From an uncultured Gammaproteobacteria bacterium (GTDB lineage Bacteria > Patescibacteriota > Patescibacteriia > Patescibacteriales > UBA12465): DNA of 64,000 nucleotides. The stretch's first letter is position 1, and each line of letters begins with the position of its first letter. Location: positions 320,301-384,300 of the forward strand of contig CAZTUJ010000001.1 of NCBI GenBank assembly GCA_964616855.1, in the 5' to 3' direction. Both the position numbers and the translations under genes were made by a program. Below are positions 1-8,008 of the stretch, piece after piece. A model generated the notes under the pieces. The model saw nothing but the letters and a program-made list of their open reading frames with translations, made no database searches and had not been told where the DNA came from.

Positions 1-117
1 GTTACTTCCTCCAGTTTGAAAGGTCGCTCTATTGTGACCTGGACTGCCTACATCCCCGCTGGTGAATACCCTGGATGGGATCAACGTCCCGATGGACAAA
101 TGAATTATGGCTGGTAA
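1..117 (+). CDS. 3' end of a CDS cut by the window edge (hypothetical protein)
   Basis: Frame 1 is open from position 1 (VTSSSLKGRSIVTWTAYIPAGEYPGWDQRPDGQMNYGW) to TAA at 115-117. A hairpin terminator follows. Confidence 0.4.
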   Translation, partial: VTSSSLKGRSIVTWTAYIPAGEYPGWDQRPDGQMNYGW

Positions 118-143
118 GCTAACCAGCAAAGAATTTTTTTTAA

Positions 144-174
144 AACCTTGGAGCACGCAGTTCCAAGGTTTTTA
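144..174 (+). terminator. Intrinsic terminator
   Basis: AACCTTGGA-N9-TCCAAGGTT perfect 9-bp hairpin followed by a T-run. Confidence 0.6.
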
Positions 175-177
175 TTA

Positions 178-206
178 TTGACCAAAGAGGTCTATTATGA
201 TAATGT
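178..206 (+). promoter_or_regulatory. Sigma70-type promoter of 4-TM paralog 1
   Basis: TTGACC-N17-TAATGT. The spacer end TATTATGATAAT is shared with the paralog-2 promoter. Confidence 0.5.
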
Positions 207-256
207 TTTCTATTCTTTGACAATTGAATTTTTACTTAACCCAAATACTCATCATC

Positions 257-859
257 ATGAAAGCAGAGAGAATGTTAAGGCGCAAAGTCGCCTTTTCTTA
301 CGTTTATCTCCTTCTGGCCTTCGCCAGCGCCATCTTGCCATTTATAATGCCAACTTTCTATTCTTCCAATCTTATTTTTATTTGGATGGCAACAATTTTC
401 TACGCATTTAACTTTTACCGGGGAGCAATTTATTATCCTAAATTTTACCGGGAAAATCTTCGCCGCCGCTGGACATTTTGGAGCCCTTTTATGGATTCTT
501 CTATCTCACGCGGTTTAGTGTCAACTGTGCTGGTTATGATGTATTTTGCTTACTTCGTTTTTGTTTTATATGAAACATCACCCCTGCCGGCAATAGTGCA
601 AGATAATTTTGGCTTCTGGGTTTTGGCTTGGATAATCTTTAATATTTTATTAAATCAAGCCTCTCAAACCACTACCTGTTTTAGTTTCCGGACTGCTTAT
701 ACTGATCATCTATCCCGTGATTCCAAGGGCAGGCTTTATGAGAATCTTCATGCCAGTATTTGCTTTTATCTTCCCAAAGGAGAACCAGAGGAGAAATTTT
801 CTGCGCAGGCGGTTAAAGCCTATCTTAAATCCTTAGAAGAGGAAGCGGACAACAAGTAA
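257..859 (+). CDS. Uncharacterised 4-TM membrane protein, paralog 1 of 3
   Basis: ORF track 224..859. The ATG at 257 (MKAERMLRRKVAFSYVYLLLA) aligns with the starts of paralogs at 2432 and 3351. Four hydrophobic segments; shared motifs GAIYYPKFY, RRRW, LNQASQT, FYLPKGEPEE. Confidence 0.75.
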   Translation: MKAERMLRRKVAFSYVYLLLAFASAILPFIMPTFYSSNLIFIWMATIFYAFNFYRGAIYYPKFYRENLRRRWTFWSPFMDSSISRGLVSTVLVMMYFAYFVFVLYETSPLPAIVQDNFGFWVLAWIIFNILLNQASQTTTCFSFRTAYTDHLSRDSKGRLYENLHASICFYLPKGEPEEKFSAQAVKAYLKSLEEEADNK

Positions 860-877
860 AAAGAATTTGTACCTTTG

Positions 878-910
878 CCCCCCGGAATTAATGAAATTTC
901 GGGGTTTTTA
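878..910 (+). terminator. Intrinsic terminator (cassette copy 1)
   Basis: CCCCGGAATTAATGAAATTTCGGGG hairpin plus TTTTT. Near-identical to the hairpins at 3155 and 4097. Confidence 0.65.
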
Positions 911-1021
911 TTTGTAAAATATATTATTTTTTTGGTCTTAGCTTTTCAATATCTCAAAAATGTGTTATAATAAAAATCCATTAATAAGCTTATCTATTTT
1001 ATATAAACTAACTTTAATAAT

Positions 1022-1420
1022 ATGCAACAGAAAAAAATTGAAAAAAAATCAAAGATGATGCCGCTCGGTCTTTTGGGTGCCAGCTTGGTCGGTCTCGCCG
1101 CCGGTGCTTATTTCTTTTTCGGTCCTGGTGGTAAGAAAAACCAAAAAAATACTAAAGCTTGGGCGATTAAAATGAAAGCTGATGTCATTGAGAGCTTAGA
1201 GAAAGCCCGTGTCGTCAGCGAGCCCGCCTATCGGGCCATTATCGATGCAGTCGCGGCTAAGTATGAAAAAAAATTACAGTCCAGTCCTAAAGAAGTACAA
1301 GCTTTAGCTCAGGATTTAAAGAAGCATTGGCAGACTTTTGTGAAGCCGGAAGTAGCGGCTACTCCTTCGCCAAAATCAAAGGCTAATCCGAAAAAAACTG
1401 TGGCCAAGGCAAAAAAATAA
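1022..1420 (+). CDS. YtxH-like small membrane-anchored protein (tentative)
   Basis: N-terminal Gly/Ala-rich TM segment (LGLLGASLVGLAAGAYFFFGPGGKK) followed by a charged helical tail, as in YtxH-domain proteins. Motif-level resemblance only. Confidence 0.5.
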   Translation: MQQKKIEKKSKMMPLGLLGASLVGLAAGAYFFFGPGGKKNQKNTKAWAIKMKADVIESLEKARVVSEPAYRAIIDAVAAKYEKKLQSSPKEVQALAQDLKKHWQTFVKPEVAATPSPKSKANPKKTVAKAKK

Positions 1421-1433
1421 AATAAAAGTAAAT

Positions 1434-1463
1434 ATAAAAAAGCGGCAATTTGCCGCTTTTTTG
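1434..1463. terminator. Bidirectional intrinsic terminator between convergent genes
   Basis: A-run, AGCGGCAA-TT-TGCCGCT hairpin, then T-run. Confidence 0.65.
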
Positions 1464-1481
1464 TGAGCTTCTATCTGTTTA

Positions 1482-2201
1482 TTAAAGTGGTTCGGTAAAT
1501 AAGACACGTTTTATTTGTGTTCCATAATCTTCATTTTCCAGATAATCATGCAGAGCCCCCATGATAATTTCGTAGGGATAGCGATAATTTTCCCCGCCAC
1601 TTAAACCAGGGTCATGAGTAATAAATTCTTGACTCGCATCATCATAGCCGGTGATAACTAAGACGTGGTAGTCTGGCCCCGGGGCGCTATAGTTAGGATT
1701 GTTGAGTTTAGGGGCGTAGACCGGGGCAATAATCGGCCGATTGGCAGCCAGCTCTTCTTTAATTGCCTCTAGACTAGGATTATCAATAATATGAACATCC
1801 CAGTTTAAGTCACCACTATTAATAATCTCTTCAATTCGCTCTAAGGATTCGTCTTTCGAGGCGGGAGCAGTTTCTTTTTTAAGGGTAAAGATTTCTAAAA
1901 TTTCTTGGCGGGCTTTTTCGGCGGTCAAACTTTCGTCTTTATAAAAATTTTGAATCATCACAATCGAAGCTTCTTCACAGGCATTTTGCCAAGGCTCCTG
2001 TCAATTGCCTTCCGGCGCTTGGCTAGTAAAGGGAACGGCAATTTCCTTGTTTTCCGGTTCATCCACTTCCATTACTGGTGGCTCGGTAGTATCGGTGGTA
2101 GTACTTGTCGGTTTTTTAAGAGAAAACAAACTTAAGCCGCCCACAATCAGCAAAATCGCGATAATAGCTAAGACAATTTTATATTTATCTAGATAATACA
2201 T
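1482..2201 (-). pseudogene. Peptidase C39-like (papain-fold) protein with N-terminal TM anchor, interrupted by one in-frame TGA (2001-2003)
   Basis: ORFs 2001..2201 and 1482..1961 are in the same frame. Read-through gives ...VPFTSQAPEGN*QEPWQNACEEASIVMIQNF... The Cys motif (ACEEAS) and His motif (YHVLVITGYDD) of C39-like peptidases lie downstream of the stop; the TM anchor lies upstream. Confidence 0.6.
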
Positions 2202-2336
2202 ATTGATATTTTTTAGTTAATGATCAGTTTATTTATTGGTTGATTACTAAAAATAATCAGGTGATGGGGACTATTATTGTAGCATTTTTGGGAATTAATA
2301 GCATTTTTAAGCTTGCTAAGCCATTATTCTTTAGTA

Positions 2337-2365
2337 TTGACAAAATTCAATCATTATGATAATAT
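2337..2365 (+). promoter_or_regulatory. Sigma70-type promoter of 4-TM paralog 2
   Basis: TTGACA-N17-TAATAT. TTGACAAAATTCAAT is shared with the copy-3 promoter. Confidence 0.55.
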
Positions 2366-2431
2366 ATTATAATTCTTTACAATCAAATTTTTCATATTCA
2401 CCTTATATTCAACCAACAAAAAAGCAAAATC

Positions 2432-3145
2432 ATGGACACCGAAAAACTTTTACGGCAAAAAACCGTTATTTCGTATGCGTATCTTCTTCTGGCCTTAGCC
2501 AGTTTCTCCTTAACCTTCCTGTTGCCCGACAGTCCCTTCTATTTCATTCAGGATGGGCATATACCTTTTTCCACTTATCCCCGATACGGCGAAACGTTTT
2601 CCTTCAGGGCCTTGTTGATATGGTTGGCAGGAGTTCTCTATTTTGTCCATTTTTATTATGGGGCGTTTCACTTTCCAAGATTCTATAATGAGGCGCTGAG
2701 AGATCGTTGGTCGGATTATATTGAGGATTTTTCCTGTCTTCGTGGTTATTTTGCCACTGCCTTGGTGATACTATATTTTAGTATTATTGTTTTGATTAAG
2801 GCCGAGCCGGTGCCAGCGTTGTTAAAAAATAATTTTTGGCCATGGGTAGCTCTTTGGGTTACTATAAATGTTATTCTCAGCTTGTCTTCTCAGACCAGTT
2901 TTCTCTTTAATTTTAAGAGAACAAAAATTAATCTTTCGATTGCTGATCCCGATGGTGGCCATGAAGAGGATGAGGAAGCCTCCGTTGGCTTTTATTTACC
3001 AGATGAAGAACAGGAACACCTTTTTGCTTTAGCCGCCGCTAAAGCTTGGCTTCAGGATGTGATTACTGAGAGAGAGGCTGAGGCAGCAGAGCTTGCTAGA
3101 ATTCGTGATTTTTCCAACCAAGCTGCCGCCTTTAAGGTGAGATAG
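2432..3145 (+). CDS. Uncharacterised 4-TM membrane protein, paralog 2 of 3
   Basis: 237-aa ORF with the same motif set as 257..859 and 3351..4088, plus the C-terminal IRDFSNQAAAFK tail shared with paralog 3. Confidence 0.8.
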   Translation: MDTEKLLRQKTVISYAYLLLALASFSLTFLLPDSPFYFIQDGHIPFSTYPRYGETFSFRALLIWLAGVLYFVHFYYGAFHFPRFYNEALRDRWSDYIEDFSCLRGYFATALVILYFSIIVLIKAEPVPALLKNNFWPWVALWVTINVILSLSSQTSFLFNFKRTKINLSIADPDGGHEEDEEASVGFYLPDEEQEHLFALAAAKAWLQDVITEREAEAAELARIRDFSNQAAAFKVR

Positions 3146-3154
3146 TAATTTTTA

Positions 3155-3190
3155 CCCCGGAATTAACAAAATTCCGGGGCTTTGTTTTTT
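3155..3190 (+). terminator. Intrinsic terminator (cassette copy 2)
   Basis: CCCCGGAATT-AACAA-AATTCCGGGG perfect 10-bp hairpin followed by a T-rich run. Confidence 0.7.
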
Positions 3191-3270
3191 ATAGAGATTC
3201 TTATTCTTTTATCTTAGTTAAATAAGCCTCGTGGGGATTAATATTATTTTTAAACTTATATTCTTTAATA

Positions 3271-3299
3271 TTGACAAAATTCAATTATTATTATATTAT
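3271..3299 (+). promoter_or_regulatory. Sigma70-type promoter of 4-TM paralog 3
   Basis: TTGACA-N17-TATTAT. About 45 nt upstream is also similar to the copy-2 upstream region. Confidence 0.55.
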
Positions 3300-3350
3300 T
3301 ATTTATCAAATATTTCATTAACAATTCTACCCTCAAAACCCTTATAAATC

Positions 3351-4088
3351 ATGAAAACAAAAAGCATGTTAAGGCGTAAAGCCGCCTTTTCCTACGTGTA
3401 TCTTCTTCTGGCGATTTTTGCTGTCGCCCTACCATTCTTGTCCCAGAAAGACATTTTCTATCTTAGCTATATGGAATATGTTCCATATACCTACGGCCGA
3501 TTATTCCCGGAAATATTTTTTTCTTTCCAAATTCTTTTTCTTTGGGCTGCAGTAGTTTGTTATGCCTTCAATTTTTATAAAGGCGCAATTTATTACCCGC
3601 GCTTTTATAGGAGAAATATGCGCAATCGCTGGTCAAAATGGGAGAACTTTATTGATGGCTCTGCTGGTCGAGGTACTGTTTCCACTGTTTTAGTTTTTTT
3701 GTATTTCAGCTATTTTGTTTTTGTCTTTCCTAAAGAAGAATTGGTGCCGGCAATATTGAGAGATTACTTTTGGTTATGGGCTTTTGTCTGGATCGGTTTC
3801 AATTTTTTATTAAACCGCGCCTCTCAAACCGCCAGCTTCTTTCAGTATCGCTCGGCCATCGTTGATCCCCTCATTATTAATCCTGAGGCTAAGTATGGTA
3901 AAATTAATTTCACCGTTGGTTTCTACCTTCCCAAGGGAGAAGATGAGCATCTATTTGCCTTAAGGGCTGTTAAGGCCTATCTGAAGTGGTCAGAAGAGGA
4001 AAAGGCCGATAGGGAAAAAAATAAAATGAAAGAAGAAGCAAAAATTCGCGACTTTTCTGGCCAGGTTGTCGCCTTTAAAGAAGAGTAG
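3351..4088 (+). CDS. Uncharacterised 4-TM membrane protein, paralog 3 of 3
   Basis: 245-aa ORF. MKTKSMLRRKAAFSYVYLLLA, GAIYYPRFYRRNMRNRW, LNRASQT, GFYLPKGEDEHLFALRAVKAYLK, IRDFSGQVVAFK. Confidence 0.8.
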   Translation: MKTKSMLRRKAAFSYVYLLLAIFAVALPFLSQKDIFYLSYMEYVPYTYGRLFPEIFFSFQILFLWAAVVCYAFNFYKGAIYYPRFYRRNMRNRWSKWENFIDGSAGRGTVSTVLVFLYFSYFVFVFPKEELVPAILRDYFWLWAFVWIGFNFLLNRASQTASFFQYRSAIVDPLIINPEAKYGKINFTVGFYLPKGEDEHLFALRAVKAYLKWSEEEKADREKNKMKEEAKIRDFSGQVVAFKEE

Positions 4089-4096
4089 TACCTTGG

Positions 4097-4132
4097 CCCC
4101 GGAATTAACAAAATTCCGGGGCTTCGTTTTTT
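4097..4132 (+). terminator. Intrinsic terminator (cassette copy 3)
   Basis: Same CCCCGGAATTAACAAAATTCCGGGG hairpin as copy 2, followed by a T-run. Confidence 0.7.
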
Positions 4133-4195
4133 AAGCTCTCAGAAAAGCAAAAAGACTGGGAATCATCCACGGTCTTTTTTCGTTGGGATTTTGTT

Positions 4196-5284
4196 TTAAG
4201 CCGCCTCGTCATATATTTTTTTGAGGTCGGAGAGAATTTTCTCCTGGGTGTCGGGAATAACCCAGGAATTTTTAGCGGCGGTAAGAGCCGTTTTCATTCT
4301 TTCGTTATTGTAGTCAGGTGTTTGCCTAAATAATTCCAGGAGGGCCGACTGAACAGTGGTGCTTCTGACTGTCAGCTGTTTGAGAGCTGCTAAGTGTTGG
4401 ACGTAATTTCGTCCATTTTCTCGGTCAGCCATTGTATATTGGCCGGCAGTGAAAAGAACAGTGGCTCGTTGTCGCGTTTTCCCGGAATAGGCTTGAAGGA
4501 GGACGTTGATGGGAATCCTGGTTTTTTGATAAACCGAACTGATGGCTTGATATTCTTCGATATTCAAGGATGCCCAAGCTTTCAGATACTGATGAATGCT
4601 CCATTTCCTCGCCGTGTTATTAACCCTTGCTACTAAACGGACGATATCATAGAGAGTAATTGGTTCACCCGACTGCTTTTCATATAAAGTGAAGCGGATG
4701 GGGCAGCCCAATAGTTCAAAGGCTTTAAAGCGGTGTTGGCCGTCGATAATCCAGTATTTCCAGACACCGTCAATGATGTTGGTGTAAATCATCAGGGGAT
4801 AAGAGAGGATGCCATTTTCCCGGATGGAATCCCTAATTTCATAGACGTGGCTCCAAACAATTTTACGATTGAATTCCAGGTAGTGGAACATCGAGTAGTT
4901 GCTCGACGAGTAGATGTTGGCTGCTTTATCATAAGCATCCTCGGGGTGGTAAACTGATTCGGAGTCACTTAATTTTTTTAATTTGTTAAGGTCCAAGTCA
5001 AGAACCTTTGGGGGGAGAGATTCTAAGTCGATGCCTTTTTTTAGACATTTTTCCAGAATTTCCGTCAGGTACTCCTCTTTGAATCGCGGCAAATTTTTGA
5101 TTGCCTCTAGTCCGTTCTTTTGAATGAAGCCAGTTAGATGCCCCACTAAAAGTTGGTTTTTAGCTCCGCCTTTTTCCTTCTCAAGACTAAGATCAAGAAA
5201 GGCTGTCACTTTTTTGTCCATTTCCAAGAATTGGATGGGATGATAAACCGCTACTTCAGCGGGAATTCCTAGGTCTTTCTTCAT
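4196..5284 (-). CDS. ParB-like nuclease superfamily protein with DGQHR motif (DndB-like domain)
   Basis: 362-aa ORF. The central block ...YWIIDGQHRFKAFELLG... matches the DGQHR/ParB N-terminal domain signature. The flanking regions are unrecognised. Confidence 0.6.
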   Translation of the reverse strand: MKKDLGIPAEVAVYHPIQFLEMDKKVTAFLDLSLEKEKGGAKNQLLVGHLTGFIQKNGLEAIKNLPRFKEEYLTEILEKCLKKGIDLESLPPKVLDLDLNKLKKLSDSESVYHPEDAYDKAANIYSSSNYSMFHYLEFNRKIVWSHVYEIRDSIRENGILSYPLMIYTNIIDGVWKYWIIDGQHRFKAFELLGCPIRFTLYEKQSGEPITLYDIVRLVARVNNTARKWSIHQYLKAWASLNIEEYQAISSVYQKTRIPINVLLQAYSGKTRQRATVLFTAGQYTMADRENGRNYVQHLAALKQLTVRSTTVQSALLELFRQTPDYNNERMKTALTAAKNSWVIPDTQEKILSDLKKIYDEAA

Positions 5285-5314
5285 GTTTACAATTTTTGGT
5301 TCTTGTTGTATATT
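5285..5314 (+). promoter_or_regulatory. Candidate ECF-like promoter upstream of sigma factor 1 (weak variant)
   Basis: GTTTAC-N16-TGTATATT. Same spacing, AATTT spacer start and GTATATT end as the TGTAAC-N16-CGTATATT sites at 43.4 and 50.4 kb, but it lacks the AAC/CGT cores. Confidence 0.3.
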
Positions 5315-5391
5315 ACTATGAAATTGTCTTTTGTCAATAAAAGGCCTTTTATTTTAACTAATATTAACCCCCTAAAAATCCGTCCTTTACA

Positions 5392-6012
5392 ATGGAAACA
5401 AGCATGTCAATGTTAGACGACAGCATTTTGGTCGATTTGTACCGAAATGGAAATTTAGAGGCATTTGGCGTTGTTGTTGAACGTTATAGCCATTATGTCT
5501 TTAAAGTAGCCTACTCAATCTTGCAGGATATTCCTTTGTCAGAGGATGCTGTTCAAGATACTTTTATCAAGGCCATGATTGGTCTTCAGTCTGGTAATTA
5601 TCAAGAGAATGGAACGGTAAAATCGTGGTTAGTACAGATAGCCCATAATATCTGTATCGACTATACGCGGAAGTTAAAAAGAATTCCTATCGATTTTTCG
5701 ATTTCCAGCACAGAACCTTTTAGCCAAACTATCGCTTCTTCTCCTTTTACCACTAGCCGCCCTTTAAATCCAGAAGAGATTTTGATCAATAAAGAAGAAG
5801 GGGATAACCTTGAGATTTCGAGCGAAGAAATGTTCTCTCTTGTTAGCAAGCTTCCTGATGTACAGAAAGAAGTAATAATGTTGCGTTTTTTCCATGACTT
5901 TTCTTTTCAGGAAGTCGCGGAATATCAAGATGTCTCCATTAATACCGCCTTAGGCAGGATGAGGTACGCTTTAATTAATCTCCGCAAGAAAATAGAGGAG
6001 ACGGAGGGGTAG
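5392..6012 (+). CDS. RNA polymerase sigma factor, ECF (sigma-24) family
   Basis: Region 2 (AFGVVVERYSHYVFKVAYSIL, DAVQDTFIKA) and region 4 HTH (QKEVIMLRFFHDFSFQEVAEYQDVSINTALGRMRYAL). Confidence 0.85.
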   Translation: METSMSMLDDSILVDLYRNGNLEAFGVVVERYSHYVFKVAYSILQDIPLSEDAVQDTFIKAMIGLQSGNYQENGTVKSWLVQIAHNICIDYTRKLKRIPIDFSISSTEPFSQTIASSPFTTSRPLNPEEILINKEEGDNLEISSEEMFSLVSKLPDVQKEVIMLRFFHDFSFQEVAEYQDVSINTALGRMRYALINLRKKIEETEG

Positions 6013-6148
6013 TCAGAATTTGTTCTCTAAAAAGCCGGCAGCTGAATTGCTGGCTTTTTTAATTGCCCCCAATTCTTTTATTTCTGGATTTAGGCTATAA
6101 TTTAATCATAGCTTGTTAGTCTTTATTATCTCTAATTTTATTTATATT

Positions 6149-6541
6149 ATGCCTCATTTAAATAAGTCTTCTTATCGTATTCTTATCTTCATCGTCGGTG
6201 TCATTGCCACCATCTCTTATCGTTTAGTGATTGTTTTAAATGACTATAGCTCTTTTTGGTTAGAGGTCTCTTGGTATATCGGCACTCTGGGTTTTATCTG
6301 GTATTTCGGCCACCGCTGGTCAGTGGAGCGGCGCCGGGATAATTTGATTGAGAAATTAGATTTAACTAAAAAGATTGAAAGCCAACAACCCCTTAGTACC
6401 GAAGACCGAGAAGCTTTAGTCTATATTCTCAAGGGCTTAAGTACCAGTCTGGCGAAGTGGAATTATATTGCTATTTTTTTCTTTTCTTTTATTGCCATCA
6501 TCTACGCTATTTTTAATTATTTAGCTGCTTGGTGGCGTTAA
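6149..6541 (+). CDS. Hypothetical membrane protein
   Basis: ORF track 6113..6541. First ATG at 6149 (MPHLNKSSYRILIFIV...). Three hydrophobic segments; no recognisable family. Confidence 0.55.
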   Translation: MPHLNKSSYRILIFIVGVIATISYRLVIVLNDYSSFWLEVSWYIGTLGFIWYFGHRWSVERRRDNLIEKLDLTKKIESQQPLSTEDREALVYILKGLSTSLAKWNYIAIFFFSFIAIIYAIFNYLAAWWR

Positions 6542-6552
6542 TCAATAAATAT

Positions 6553-6861
6553 ATGAAAGAATGTTCAGCTTGCGGCATGCCGCTGACCAAAAAAGAAGAT
6601 TTCGCTTTAGGCGATGAAAATTCTTCTTTCTGCTTGTATTGTGTTAATCCCGATGGCAGTTTAAAAACTTGTGAAGAGATCTTCTTAGGCGGTGTTGAAT
6701 TTTTTCTAGGTGCTCTCGGCGGGAGCAGGGAAATGGCGGAAAAGATTACCCGCAAAAATATGCTATCTCTGCCGGCTTGGCAGGGTAAAGAATGTGAAGT
6801 ATTAAAAGGCGAGCTGGCAACAGATGAAGAATTCTCCGCTGCTATGGCTAAATTAGCTTAA
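6553..6861 (+). CDS. Zinc-ribbon domain protein
   Basis: ATG at 6553. MKECSACGMPL...SSFCLYCVNPDG has CxxC...CxxC spacing typical of putative zinc-ribbon proteins. Confidence 0.6.
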   Translation: MKECSACGMPLTKKEDFALGDENSSFCLYCVNPDGSLKTCEEIFLGGVEFFLGALGGSREMAEKITRKNMLSLPAWQGKECEVLKGELATDEEFSAAMAKLA

Positions 6862-6890
6862 CATTTATAAAAATTTAATTAATTAAATAT

Positions 6891-7235
6891 ATGTTTACTA
6901 TTTTAAAATGGATGGGCAGTGTGGCCGCCGTCCTGATCGCTGCTTATTTTTTACCCGGCGTGGTGGTGGCCGGCATCTGGAGCGCTCTGATTGTGGCTTT
7001 AGTCTTGGGTTTCTTAAATTTAACCATTAAGCCCTTGCTCGTGCTTTTAACTCTGCCTATTAACATTCTCACCCTGGGTCTTTTCACTTTTGTGATTAAT
7101 GCCTTAATGGTGCTTTTAGCTTCTAGTATTGTTAAAGGTTTTACCGTTGGTGGCTTCCTTAATGCCTTACTCTTCAGTTTAATTCTCACCGTTGTCCAAG
7201 GAGTATTTGATTTACTCTTGCAGAAAAAAGATTAA
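6891..7235 (+). CDS. Phage holin family 4 / DUF360-type membrane protein
   Basis: 114 aa with 4 TM segments. LVLGFLNLTIKPLLVLLTLPINILTLGLFTFVINALMV resembles the YvlD/DUF360 family. Confidence 0.65.
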   Translation: MFTILKWMGSVAAVLIAAYFLPGVVVAGIWSALIVALVLGFLNLTIKPLLVLLTLPINILTLGLFTFVINALMVLLASSIVKGFTVGGFLNALLFSLILTVVQGVFDLLLQKKD

Positions 7236-7252
7236 TTAAGAGTTGGAAATAT

Positions 7253-7285
7253 TAAAAAAGGCCGGGTTTTATCCGGCCTTTTTTC
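7253..7285. terminator. Bidirectional intrinsic terminator
   Basis: A-run, GGCCGG-N7-CCGGCC hairpin, T-run, between convergent genes. Confidence 0.65.
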
Positions 7286-7858
7286 TTAAAGAGCAGCTAT
7301 TTCTGCCAGCAGCAGTGCTTTTAATTTTTCATTGGTGATGATGTTGACATCTCCGAAAAATTCTTTGGCTACTACTGGTTCGCCCATCTTTTGATAGGCA
7401 ATAGCTTTGCGAGTACGTTGGAACTTATCCAACTGATAGGCAATTTGGCCTCGGGGTGTTTCTCTGGCGCTATATTCAAGCCATAGCTTCATAATTTCCG
7501 GTCCTATTGGTCCGAGTTGAGCGCAGATTTTTTGCATCGCCTTTTTTTCTTCCCGATATTTCCGTTCTTTGGTCCAGCGTTTTTCCTCCGAGCAGAGAGC
7601 GTCAGTGCGACGGTCGCCAATTTTTTTGTATTTTTCTGGCCAGTCGTGGATTTTTAGCATCAAGCTCAGTCCGGGAATTTCAAAAAGTTCTTCCGCTAGT
7701 TTTACCAGCTCATCGCTGTGTTCACCCACCGTTTCCGGATTTTTTACCTTTCGGTCTAACCAGCCGGTGCGGGGAATTTGGTAGAGGCGCTTAATAATTA
7801 GGCGCGCTTTTTGAGCATATTGAGGCTCCAGTTCTAAGGGGTAGAGGTTGTATTTCAT
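7286..7858 (-). CDS. HD-domain phosphohydrolase (YfbR-like)
   Basis: ORF track 7286..7915 starts at a TTG; the ATG at 7858 gives MKYNLYPLELEP. Motifs ETVGEHSDE and KIHDWPE are consistent with the H...HD...D metal site. Confidence 0.7.
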   Translation of the reverse strand: MKYNLYPLELEPQYAQKARLIIKRLYQIPRTGWLDRKVKNPETVGEHSDELVKLAEELFEIPGLSLMLKIHDWPEKYKKIGDRRTDALCSEEKRWTKERKYREEKKAMQKICAQLGPIGPEIMKLWLEYSARETPRGQIAYQLDKFQRTRKAIAYQKMGEPVVAKEFFGDVNIITNEKLKALLLAEIAAL

Positions 7859-7979
7859 GGTTTCATATTTTAAGGTGCAATTAATCAGATTATAATTTAT
7901 CACCTTACTTGTCAAACGGACTGTCTTTTTTGCTTATTTTTGCCTTTTTTCTCCTTTTTGCTGAAAGATAGGCATAATA

Positions 7980-8008
7980 TTGACAAAATAGCCATTTTAT
8001 TATATATT
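7980..8008 (+). promoter_or_regulatory. Sigma70-type promoter of the acyltransferase unit
   Basis: TTGACA-N17-TATATT, again starting TTGACAAAAT. Confidence 0.5.

Noticed and set aside
148-411. 87-aa plus-strand ORF, and the TTG start at 224 for paralog 1.
   Set aside because: It is out of frame with the conserved paralog sequence. The ATG at 257 aligns with the starts of the other two paralogs.
2001-2003. Genome-wide reassignment of TGA (code 4 or 25, as in some CPR lineages) as the explanation for the in-frame TGA.
   Set aside because: TGA ends several well-supported genes that are followed by terminators (11672..11989, 14075..14587, 33265..33795). In addition, ORFs of 1190-1600 aa are intact under the standard code. 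A local mutation, error or read-through is more likely.
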